Assembly: GCA_046091145.1 (NCBI GenBank)
Contig: JBJTBF010000058.1
Location: forward strand, 4,876 to 68,875
Length of the DNA stretch: 64,000 nt
From: Acidimicrobiales bacterium
Lineage (GTDB): Bacteria > Actinomycetota > Acidimicrobiia > Acidimicrobiales > Ilumatobacteraceae
Direction of reading: 5' to 3'
The translations under genes and the position numbers were made by a program. Under the pieces are notes generated by a model. That model did no database searches and was not told the origin of the DNA. It was given only the letters and a program-made list of their open reading frames with translations. How positions within the stretch are numbered: position 1 is the stretch's first letter; each line of letters opens with the position of its first letter. Below, in pieces: positions 9,471 to 16,973 of this stretch.

Positions 9471-10541
9471 TCAGCGTGTTTCGGCAACCATTTGCGTGAG
9501 TGCCATCACGAACATGCCGTTCTCGGTGCCCAGTCCCACGGTGACACGCAGGCACCCCTCGAGACCGGGCCACGAGGTGCAGTCCCTCACGAGGATGCCC
9601 CGCTCGAGGAGACCGGCCCAGATGTCGGCCGACCTGCCGCCGGGGGGCCGGAAGAGGACGAAGTTCGCGCCGCTCGGCCAGACCTCGCAGCCGATTTCCG
9701 CGAGCGTACGGGAGATCCACTCCCGCTCGGTGCGCACGAAGTCGACGTTGTTCTCCATCAGGTCCGCGTGCCCGAGTGCCGCGATTGTCGCCGCCTGCTT
9801 GAACGCGTCGAGGTGGTACGGGAGCGATGCGACCTCCATCGCCTCGATGACGGCACGCGGCGCAACCGCATACCCGACCCGGAGGGCGGCCATCGACAGT
9901 GTCTTCGAGAACGTGCGTGTCACCACCAGGCTCCCCTCGTCGGTGACCATGTCGACGGCCGACCAGTCGGAGAACTCGGCGTATGCCTCGTCCACCACCA
10001 CGAGACCGCCCGGTGCCCCGAGAAGTGTCTCGAGGTTCGAGCGCGGCTCCACGGTGCCGGTGGGGTTGTTCGGGTTGCAGAGGAAGGTGACCGCGGGCCT
10101 CTCACGCTCGGTCAACCGCACGATCTCCATCGGGTCGAGCGTGAAGTCGGCGCGCCTCTCCCCCTTCACCACGTCGGCCCCGGTGACACGCGCGATCTGT
10201 GCATACATCTGGTAGGTCGGCTCGAACACCGCCACCTTGCGGCCGTGGCCGCCGTAGGCCAGCAGCAGCATCTGCAGGACCTCGTTCGAACCGTTGCCCA
10301 CGATCACGTTCGCGGGGTCCACCCCGTGACGCACTGCAATCCTCTCACGGAGGGCGTGTGCGGAGCGGTCGGGGTAGCGGTTCCACTCGAGCGACGCCGC
10401 GATGCGACCGAGTTCCTCGGTCCACTCCCGGGGCGGCGGGAACGGGGACTCATTGGTGTTGAGGCGCACCTGCACGTCCACCTGGGGCGAGTGGTAGTTC
10501 GACATCGCCACGATTTGCGGACGCGGCTCGGGCCTGCTCAC
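9471..10541 (-). CDS. hisC: histidinol-phosphate aminotransferase
   Basis: RLNTNESPFPPP..WNRYPD..class-II aminotransferase with SKTLSMAALRVGY (PLP-Lys context). The GTG start at 10541 is uncertain by a few codons. Confidence 0.9.
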   Translation of the reverse strand: MSRPEPRPQIVAMSNYHSPQVDVQVRLNTNESPFPPPREWTEELGRIAASLEWNRYPDRSAHALRERIAVRHGVDPANVIVGNGSNEVLQMLLLAYGGHGRKVAVFEPTYQMYAQIARVTGADVVKGERRADFTLDPMEIVRLTERERPAVTFLCNPNNPTGTVEPRSNLETLLGAPGGLVVVDEAYAEFSDWSAVDMVTDEGSLVVTRTFSKTLSMAALRVGYAVAPRAVIEAMEVASLPYHLDAFKQAATIAALGHADLMENNVDFVRTEREWISRTLAEIGCEVWPSGANFVLFRPPGGRSADIWAGLLERGILVRDCTSWPGLEGCLRVTVGLGTENGMFVMALTQMVAETR

Positions 10542-10570
10542 GGGGAAGAACCTACAGACGGTGCCGGTGC

Positions 10571-10612
10571 CCGGCGTGCTGATTTCTCGGTCTAGCGCGC
10601 GGATTTCTCGGC
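10571..10612 (-). repeat. imperfect tandem 21-nt direct repeat straddling the stop codon of the small ORF
   Basis: Minus strand: gccgagaaatccgcgcgctag / accgagaaatcagcacgccgg, 16 of 21 identical. These encode AEKSAR-stop and TEKSARR. Confidence 0.8.
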
Positions 10613-10786
10613 CCGCAGCAGCAACCTGTGCGCCGACAGCAGTGCACGCTCTGCCTCGTACATCGCGGAGGCGAGATCCTCCTGGTCGGCGCCGAGGCCG
10701 TCGATGAGGCCCGCAACCCTCGCGCGGTACCGCTCGACCGCCTCTGCTGACGCGGAGAGTTCCGCCCGTACGGTGTCGAGTGCCAT
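10592..10786 (-). CDS. small helical hypothetical protein (64 aa)
   Basis: ORF trimmed to MALDTVRAELSASAEAVERYRARVAGL.. It has coding-like G/C third positions. I recognise no homology. It ends in a tandem 21-nt repeat (see findings). Confidence 0.35.
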   Translation of the reverse strand: MALDTVRAELSASAEAVERYRARVAGLIDGLGADQEDLASAMYEAERALLSAHRLLLRAEKSAR

Positions 10787-10796
10787 CGCGGAGAGG

Positions 10797-11459
10797 CTAC
10801 TTCTTGTGTGCGCGCGCCGGCAGGGCCGACGACGGACAGATGTCGGCAAGTTCGCACGAGTCACACCGCGGCTTGCGTGCGTCGCACACGCGGCGGCCGT
10901 GCAGGATGAGCCGCAGGCTGAACCTGCCCCACTCCTGCGGCGGCAGGAAGTCGTTGAGGTCCCGTTCCACCTTCACCGGGTCGTCGTTCTCGGTGAGGCC
11001 GAGACGCCGGGACAACCGACCGACGTGAGTGTCGACGGCGAGACCCGGGAGGTCCCACACCACGCTGCGCAGCACGTTGCCCGTCTTGCGCCCGACACCG
11101 GGCAGTGTCACGAGGTCGTCGAGCTCCTTCGGCACCTCGCCCCCGTAGACATCGACGACCCTGCGTGCCATGCCGATCAGGTTGCGTGCCTTCGACTGGT
11201 AGAACCCCGTGGAGCGGATGATCTGCTCGAGCTCCGAGGGGTCGGCCGATGCGAGGTCGTCGACCGTGGGGTACCTCGCGAACAACGGCGGGGTCACCAT
11301 GTTCACGCGCGCATCCGTGCACTGTGCCGACAGGATGGTGGCCGACAGCAGTTCGTACGCGTTCGAGTGGGTCAGCTCGCACTCCGCGGCCGGGTACAGA
11401 CCCTCCAGACGGAGCGCCACCTCACGTGCCCTGCCTGCTGGTGTTCTCGGCTTTGCCAC
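10797..11459 (-). CDS. nth: endonuclease III
   Basis: HhH-GPD motif LVTLPGVGRKTGNVL and the C-terminal 4Fe-4S cluster CDARKPRCDSCELADIC. Start trimmed to GTG 11459. Confidence 0.9.
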   Translation of the reverse strand: MAKPRTPAGRAREVALRLEGLYPAAECELTHSNAYELLSATILSAQCTDARVNMVTPPLFARYPTVDDLASADPSELEQIIRSTGFYQSKARNLIGMARRVVDVYGGEVPKELDDLVTLPGVGRKTGNVLRSVVWDLPGLAVDTHVGRLSRRLGLTENDDPVKVERDLNDFLPPQEWGRFSLRLILHGRRVCDARKPRCDSCELADICPSSALPARAHKK

Positions 11460-11465
11460 GGACCG

Positions 11466-11475
11466 AAGGTACCCT
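11466..11475. promoter_or_regulatory. overlapping divergent -10 boxes (nth / mshD)
   Basis: aaggtaccct: plus TACCCT (11470-11475) is 6 nt before GTG 11482, and minus TACCTT (11471-11466) is 6 nt before GTG 11459. The spacer is 22 bp. Confidence 0.45.
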
Positions 11476-11481
11476 CTGCGC

Positions 11482-12429
11482 GTGAGAACGTTCGATGTCA
11501 GGCGCCGACTCGACGCCTCCGAACACGCCGACGTCGACCGTTTGCTCCACGATGCCTGGCGGGCCGACGGCACCCGGCCGATGAGCGACCACCTGTGGCT
11601 CGACCTGCGTGAGGGCGGCCGCAAGGGGTTCGCCGGTGTCATCGCCCGCGACTCCGGCCACTCGCACGTGGTGGGCTACTGCCAGGTGTCCCGTGGCAAC
11701 GGCTCGTGGGGCATCGACCTGGTCGTGCACCCCCACCACCGCTACGACATGCACGAGATCGGCCCGCGACTGCTCGAGGAGGCCATCGGCGTGGTGGCCT
11801 CGGAGGGAGGGGGGCACGTCCACTGGTGGGTGTTCGAGGCCAACAACGCACACGCGGCACTCGCGACGGCGGCCGGGTTCGCCCCCGGGCGGGTGCTGCT
11901 GCAGATGCGTCGGCCGCTGCCCCTCGACGGGGCGACGGCGGCACTGCAGAACGACCTCCGCCTCGACGAGTTCGTCCCGGGGTCCGACGAGGAGGAATGG
12001 CTGGCCGTGAACAACGCGGCGTTCGCGCAGCACCCCGAGCAGGGAGGATGGACACTCGACACCATCGTCTCGAGGGAATCGGAACCGTGGTTCGACGCCT
12101 CGCTCTTCCTGCTGCACCGCTCCGACGGTGCAATCGACGGTTTCTGCTGGATGAAGATGCACAGCGAGGAACACGACACCGACGGGCCGGTCACCGGTGA
12201 GATCTACGTGATCGGCGTGCACCCCTCCGCGGCTGCACGGGGCCTCGGCCGGCGGCTTGCGGTTGCCGGTCTCTCGCGCGCACATGCGGCAGGAGCGAAC
12301 GAAGCGATGCTGTACGTGGACTCCGTGAACGAGCGCGCCGTCGCGATGTACCGTGCGCTCGGGTTCGAGGCCCACCACACCGAGCACGCGTTCGTCGGCG
12401 ACGTGGCCGCGGGCGCACCGGGCACGTGA
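11482..12429 (+). CDS. mshD: mycothiol synthase (tandem GNAT)
   Basis: LLQMRRPL, VNNAAFAQHPEQGGWT, EPWFD and GEIYVIGVHPSAAARGLG all match the MshD pattern as I remember it from M. tuberculosis. Start is GTG 11482. Confidence 0.85.
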   Translation: MRTFDVRRRLDASEHADVDRLLHDAWRADGTRPMSDHLWLDLREGGRKGFAGVIARDSGHSHVVGYCQVSRGNGSWGIDLVVHPHHRYDMHEIGPRLLEEAIGVVASEGGGHVHWWVFEANNAHAALATAAGFAPGRVLLQMRRPLPLDGATAALQNDLRLDEFVPGSDEEEWLAVNNAAFAQHPEQGGWTLDTIVSRESEPWFDASLFLLHRSDGAIDGFCWMKMHSEEHDTDGPVTGEIYVIGVHPSAAARGLGRRLAVAGLSRAHAAGANEAMLYVDSVNERAVAMYRALGFEAHHTEHAFVGDVAAGAPGT

Positions 12430-13490
12430 CCTCGATCCACGACCTCAGCCGCGACGACGTCGCCTCGGCCCTCGCGGGGCTGCCCTCGTTCCGCGTCGAC
12501 CAGGTGTGGACCGGCCTGTACTCCACGTTCCTGCCGGTCAGCGAGATCGGCACCTTGCCTGCCGATGCACGTGCGCGACTCGATGCGGCACACCCCGCCG
12601 CGCTGCGGGAGTCGCGACGGGAGGTCACCGACAACGGTGACACCGTGAAGTTCCTGTGGCAGCTCACCGACGGCGGTCACCCGATCGAGACCGTGCTCAT
12701 GTACTACGACGACCGTGCAACGGTGTGTGTCAGCACACAGGCCGGCTGTGCCATGGCATGCGGTTTCTGTGCGACCGGCCAGGCGGGGTTCACGCGGCAC
12801 CTCACGGCCGGGGAGATCGTGGAGCAGGTGGTTCGGTCCGCCCGCGAGGCAAGGGCACAGGGCCGGCGGGTCGACAACATCGTGTTCATGGGCATGGGTG
12901 AGCCCCTCGCCAACGAGGAGGCCGTGCGCCGTGCGGTGGAGCGGATCCACGACGACATCGGCATCTCTGCACGCCACCTCACGGTCAGCACGGTGGGCAT
13001 CATTCCCGGCATCCGCAAGCTTGCGCAGTGGACACTCCCGGTGAACCTGGCGGTGTCACTGCATGCCGGCCGTGACGAACTGCGCGACGAGCTCGTTCCG
13101 GTCAACCGCCGCTACCCGCTCGATGACCTGATGGATGCCTGCCGCGACTACCTGTCCACGCGCAACCGGCGCATCACGTTCGAGTGGGCACTCATCGACG
13201 GCACGAACGACACCGACCGCGATGCCCGCGAGCTCGCCTCGCTCGCACGCGGCCTGCGTCCGTCCGCGCACGTGAACCTGATCCCCCTGAACCCCACCCC
13301 CGGATGGCCCACGAGAGGTTCGTCGCGCAACCGTGTGAACGCGTTCCGCGACCTTCTCGTGTCGCTCGGTGTGAATGCCACGGTGAGGCGCAACAGGGGA
13401 ACCGACATCGCCGCTGCGTGCGGACAGCTGGCCGCGGGCCAACCCGTGCTGCTCGGCCGTCGGGGCGGGCCCAACGGCTCCCGCGACTGA
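12426..13490 (+). CDS. rlmN: 23S rRNA/tRNA adenine-C2 methyltransferase (radical SAM)
   Basis: CVSTQAGCAMACGFCATGQAGFTRHLTAGEIVEQV radical-SAM CxxxCxxC. GTG 12426 overlaps the mshD stop (GTGA). Confidence 0.9.
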   Translation: MTSIHDLSRDDVASALAGLPSFRVDQVWTGLYSTFLPVSEIGTLPADARARLDAAHPAALRESRREVTDNGDTVKFLWQLTDGGHPIETVLMYYDDRATVCVSTQAGCAMACGFCATGQAGFTRHLTAGEIVEQVVRSAREARAQGRRVDNIVFMGMGEPLANEEAVRRAVERIHDDIGISARHLTVSTVGIIPGIRKLAQWTLPVNLAVSLHAGRDELRDELVPVNRRYPLDDLMDACRDYLSTRNRRITFEWALIDGTNDTDRDARELASLARGLRPSAHVNLIPLNPTPGWPTRGSSRNRVNAFRDLLVSLGVNATVRRNRGTDIAAACGQLAAGQPVLLGRRGGPNGSRD

Positions 13491-13518
13491 TCGTTCCCCG
13501 GGCCCGACCGGGGAGCCC

Positions 13519-13863
13519 TCAGTCCTCCAGCCAGCGCGGGTTCGCGACCTCCACCTTGCGCCGCACGCTCGGCTCCAGGACATCGAGCACACGTGCCAGG
13601 TCAGCATCGAAACCGCCGGCGCGCACTGCGGCCGCGAGTGCAGCATCGTCGGCCGCACCGAGCGACGCGAGCCGTCCGGCATGTGCCGCTGCGTCGGCAC
13701 CCGGGTCCGTGAGTTCCCGTTCGACCATCGCGAGGATGTTGGATGCGACCCGTGAGTGGAACTGCAACCTCCCCGACACCGCCGGGATAACGTCGTTCTC
13801 GAGCCACTCGCGCACAGCGGCAAGCAACTGTGAGGCGGTCGGTGCATCGTGCGGGTTCCCCAT
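13519..13863 (-). CDS. small helical protein of the kind paired with APH-family kinases (DUF6285-like)
   Basis: Trimmed to MGNPHDAPTASQLLAAVREWLENDV.. Its ATG overlaps the stop of the upstream phosphotransferase gene by 1 nt. The family assignment is from memory. Confidence 0.5.
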   Translation of the reverse strand: MGNPHDAPTASQLLAAVREWLENDVIPAVSGRLQFHSRVASNILAMVERELTDPGADAAAHAGRLASLGAADDAALAAAVRAGGFDADLARVLDVLEPSVRRKVEVANPRWLED

Positions 13864-14819
13864 CAGAGCCTCCCCTTCAGCAGCTGCACTAGGTCCCACT
13901 CGTTCTCGCACACGCGGCGGCCGATGGCGGCCAGTTCGTGGCTGCGCGTCATGCCGCTGAGGTGCGACGAGGCCTGCATGATGCACATGATCCCCCACTT
14001 GAGGGTGCCGAGCACCTCCCACCACCGCACGGTGTCGGCTGAAGGCCGGGGCCGGCCCGCCGCCTCGTACGCGTCGAACAACCCGTCGTACGTGCCGAGA
14101 CCGGCCACCGGTGACCGTCCGCCGAACCGCCAGGCACGCACGCACACCCAGCCGAGATCCTCCATCGGGTCGCCGATGTGGGCGAGTTCCCAGTCGAGCA
14201 CGGCCGCCAGACCGTCGTCGTCGACCATCACGTTGCCGAGCCGGAAGTCGCCGTGCACGATCGATGCCGCGGTTGCGGGCGGACGGTTCGCCTCGAGCCA
14301 ACGGAACGCGACCTCGAACACGGGATGCGGCTCGCCCAGTTGGTCGAGCACACCCCTGTAGAAGGAGACCTGGTCCTGTTCCACGAGCGACGGCGCGGTC
14401 GACGGGTCGATCGAGTGCAGGCGGGCCATCGCCGCCCCGATGCCGCCCGTGAGGCGTTCCCTCGCGTGCGTGAACCTGTCGTCACGCAGGATCTTGCGCG
14501 CGATCGTCTCGCCCTCGACGGCCCCCACCACGAGGAAGGGGTTGCGGAGCGCCGACGACGACGAACCATCGACCACGAGTTCGGGCACCGGCACTCCCCC
14601 TGCGCGCGCGGCACGCAGGACCTCCGCCTCACTCGCCATCCCCCGGGCGGCGCCGTCCCGCTGGCGCTGCAGGATCAGCGCCCGGCCGTCTGCGGTGAAG
14701 CTCCAGGTCTCGCGGGATGCACCGCCGGACAGTCGCACGAGTGACCCGACCTTCGCGCCGCCGAGCACCGAGGACAGGCGGTCGGCTAGTTCGTCATCGG
14801 AGCGGGTGGCCACGTCCAC
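13863..14819 (-). CDS. aminoglycoside phosphotransferase (APH)-fold kinase
   Basis: IVHGDFRLGNVMV catalytic loop (HxDxxxxN) and VLDWELAHIGDP. Start trimmed to GTG 14819 (alt. 14813). Confidence 0.8.
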   Translation of the reverse strand: MDVATRSDDELADRLSSVLGGAKVGSLVRLSGGASRETWSFTADGRALILQRQRDGAARGMASEAEVLRAARAGGVPVPELVVDGSSSSALRNPFLVVGAVEGETIARKILRDDRFTHARERLTGGIGAAMARLHSIDPSTAPSLVEQDQVSFYRGVLDQLGEPHPVFEVAFRWLEANRPPATAASIVHGDFRLGNVMVDDDGLAAVLDWELAHIGDPMEDLGWVCVRAWRFGGRSPVAGLGTYDGLFDAYEAAGRPRPSADTVRWWEVLGTLKWGIMCIMQASSHLSGMTRSHELAAIGRRVCENEWDLVQLLKGRL

Positions 14820-14866
14820 ACTCTGCCACGGTGCACCGTCGCCGCAGGCGGTCGTGCGCGGCGGGT

Positions 14867-15313
14867 TCAGCCGCCCGCGACCGCGCGGGCAAGGCCCGCC
14901 TTGCCGGCCTCGATCTGTGACGCGAGCACACGGTCGAGCACGCCGGCCGTCCAGAGCGACCCCCCGTACTCGAGGTCGATCGTGACGGTCGTGGAACCGG
15001 CGTCCTCGCGCACCCGCACGGTCATCGTCCACACCGAGTGCCGCGCACCGCCGGCCTCGCGCCGTTCGAACAGCAGCACTCGCTCACCGGCGACCGTGTC
15101 GTCCGACGCACGCACCATGCGCAGTCGCTTCGACCTCGCGAACGGGCCGACCCTCGCACGAAGTTCCACGTGCCATGCTGCGGGGGACGAGCCGTCTTCT
15201 GCAGTGGCCGAGTGCACGAGCGGCATCCACGAGGGGTAGCGCGCGAGATCGAGCAGCAACGGCATCGCGCGGTCCGCCGGTGCGGCGAGCGTGACCGACG
15301 AGGAGACCCTCAT
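14867..15313 (-). CDS. SRPBCC (START/polyketide cyclase-like) family protein
   Basis: 148 aa. The composition and length suggest a helix-grip fold. The ATG overlaps the stop of the upstream DUF3499 gene (ATGA). Confidence 0.55.
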   Translation of the reverse strand: MRVSSSVTLAAPADRAMPLLLDLARYPSWMPLVHSATAEDGSSPAAWHVELRARVGPFARSKRLRMVRASDDTVAGERVLLFERREAGGARHSVWTMTVRVREDAGSTTVTIDLEYGGSLWTAGVLDRVLASQIEAGKAGLARAVAGG

Positions 15314-15852
15314 TCGTCCGCGTCGTCGTCAGGCGAGGGTTCGCCGAACGCACGACCGAGCAACCGGCCGAACCGGGGCCGGGGCTGCCCGTCGTCGGGG
15401 GCGTTGCGGCCGAGCCTCGGCGACCACGGCATCGCCTGTGTCTCGTCGGGGTCCGTCGTCGCAACGGGCTCGCTGTCCGTGTCACCGGATGGCACCTCAT
15501 CGCCGTCGATCTCCCGCCTGATCGACTCGAACAACGACGGGGTGTCCGCGGTCTCTTTCGGCCGGCGGGCCGAACCCCCGCGTGACCTCGCCGCCGCCGG
15601 GCGCTTCCCCGTTGTCCCCGGCTCGTCTGCATCCCTCACCTTGAAGAGACGCGGGACGGGCTCGCGACGGTCATCGAGGGTCCAGCCGCGCGGCACCATG
15701 AGCGCGTTCGCATGACGGCGGCAGAGCCGACCGGCAGTCTCGCGCTCGGCAATGTCGGGACGGTCGACCCACACCACCAGGTTCTGGCGGTCGATCCCGT
15801 ACGAGGCGTCCGAGGCCGCACCACAGCCGGGACGTTCGCACAGTCGTTGCAC
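15310..15852 (-). CDS. DUF3499 domain protein
   Basis: CERPGCGAAS..LCRRHANALMVPRGWTLDD matches the actinobacterial DUF3499 pattern. Start trimmed to GTG 15852, which is preceded by TACCGT at 7 nt. The TTG start listed at 15924 abuts the tRNA 3' end at 15925. Confidence 0.7.
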   Translation of the reverse strand: MQRLCERPGCGAASDASYGIDRQNLVVWVDRPDIAERETAGRLCRRHANALMVPRGWTLDDRREPVPRLFKVRDADEPGTTGKRPAAARSRGGSARRPKETADTPSLFESIRREIDGDEVPSGDTDSEPVATTDPDETQAMPWSPRLGRNAPDDGQPRPRFGRLLGRAFGEPSPDDDADE

Positions 15853-15859
15853 GGCACAG

Positions 15860-15865
15860 ACGGTA
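15860..15865 (-). promoter_or_regulatory. -10 box for the leaderless DUF3499 gene
   Basis: TACCGT on the minus strand, 7 nt before GTG 15852. Confidence 0.4.
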
Positions 15866-15924
15866 GTGCTGCAGGTCGCATCCTGCGCGTGACCAGACCG
15901 CGCGCTGTGCAGCGGGGGAACCAA

Positions 15925-16001
15925 TGGTGGGCGATACGGGACTCGAACCCGGGACCTCTACCGTGTGAAGGTAGCGCTCTAACCAACTGAGCTAATCGCC
16001 C
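15925..16001 (-). tRNA. tRNA-Val (anticodon CAC), CCA encoded
   Basis: Minus strand reads gggcgattagctcagttggttagagcgctaccttcacacggtagaggtcccgggttcgagtcccgtatcgcccacca. Cloverleaf: 7-bp acceptor stem, anticodon loop ttCACac, TTCGAGT T-loop. Confidence 0.92.
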
Positions 16002-16046
16002 TTGCGGAGCCCCAAGACTAGCGACGGTGCATCACGAACGGCACGG

Positions 16047-16973
16047 TCAGTACCCCGCATCCGGATCGATCGGCCCGATGAGAGGTCGTCCCGAGACCCA
16101 CCGGGCCACGTTCTCCCTGATGCGCTCACCGAGCAGCGGCACCGCCATCTCCGGGGTGTTTCCCACGTGCGGGGAGATGATGCAGTTCCCCATGCTCCAC
16201 AGCGGGTGGCCCTCCGGCAGCGGCTCGGGGTCGGTCACATCGAGTGCGGCGCCACCGATGACACCGTTCGAGAGCGCCCACACCAGGTCGTCGGTGACGA
16301 TGTGCCCGCCGCGGGCAACGTTCACGACCCATGCATGACTCTCCATCACCTCGAATTCCGCCCTGCCGATGATGCCGCAGGTCTCCGGCGTGAGTGAAAG
16401 TGCGAGGAACACCACGTCGGCCCCGGAGAGCGCATCGACGAGGTTCGCGACACCGACCACGTCGTCGGCGCCGTTCATGTTCTCCACTGACCGTCTCACC
16501 ACGGTGACATGGCAACCCCACGGTGCGAGCAGACGCAGCAACGACTGCGTGATGCCGCCTCCACCGAGGATCGTGACCCGCGCCCCGAGGAGGTTGCGCC
16601 CGACCGGGCCGGTCCAGCGGTCCGCGCGGGCGTACGCACCGACGTTGCGCATGCCCGCGAGGGCGAGCGACAGCGCGTGCTCGGCCACGGGTTCGGCATA
16701 CACGCCCTTCCCGCAGGTCCAGAGCCGGGAGCCATCGACGATCGGCACGAAGTTCTCCACGCCGGCGAACGGAACCTGCACCCACTCGATCTGTGGGTGC
16801 GCCGTCAACAGTTCGCCCAGTCCGGACGGGTTGCGCGCGTCCGACCACACGACGGCATCGGCATCTGCCGCGGCCGACAGGACCCCTCCGCCGGAGACGA
16901 CGGCATCAGACACCCACGCCGGCGCCGTCGCGGGGGCCACGCACACCCGTCCCCGCACGGCGGTGCTGCTCAC
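16047..16973 (-). CDS. D-isomer-specific 2-hydroxyacid dehydrogenase family, NAD-binding
   Basis: GARVTILGGGGITQSL Rossmann motif, NVARGGHIV, DVTDPEPLP, SPHVGN. GTG 16973 overlaps the permease stop (GTGA). The upstream part of ORF 16047..18134 is a shadow frame. Confidence 0.85.
   Translation of the reverse strand: MSSTAVRGRVCVAPATAPAWVSDAVVSGGGVLSAAADADAVVWSDARNPSGLGELLTAHPQIEWVQVPFAGVENFVPIVDGSRLWTCGKGVYAEPVAEHALSLALAGMRNVGAYARADRWTGPVGRNLLGARVTILGGGGITQSLLRLLAPWGCHVTVVRRSVENMNGADDVVGVANLVDALSGADVVFLALSLTPETCGIIGRAEFEVMESHAWVVNVARGGHIVTDDLVWALSNGVIGGAALDVTDPEPLPEGHPLWSMGNCIISPHVGNTPEMAVPLLGERIRENVARWVSGRPLIGPIDPDAGY

Noticed and set aside
15853-15924. TTG start at 15924 for the DUF3499 ORF.
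   Set aside because: It would place the start codon directly against the tRNA-Val CCA end and add a non-conserved leader. GTG 15852 has a TACCGT box at 7 nt and begins right at the conserved Cys-rich N-terminus.
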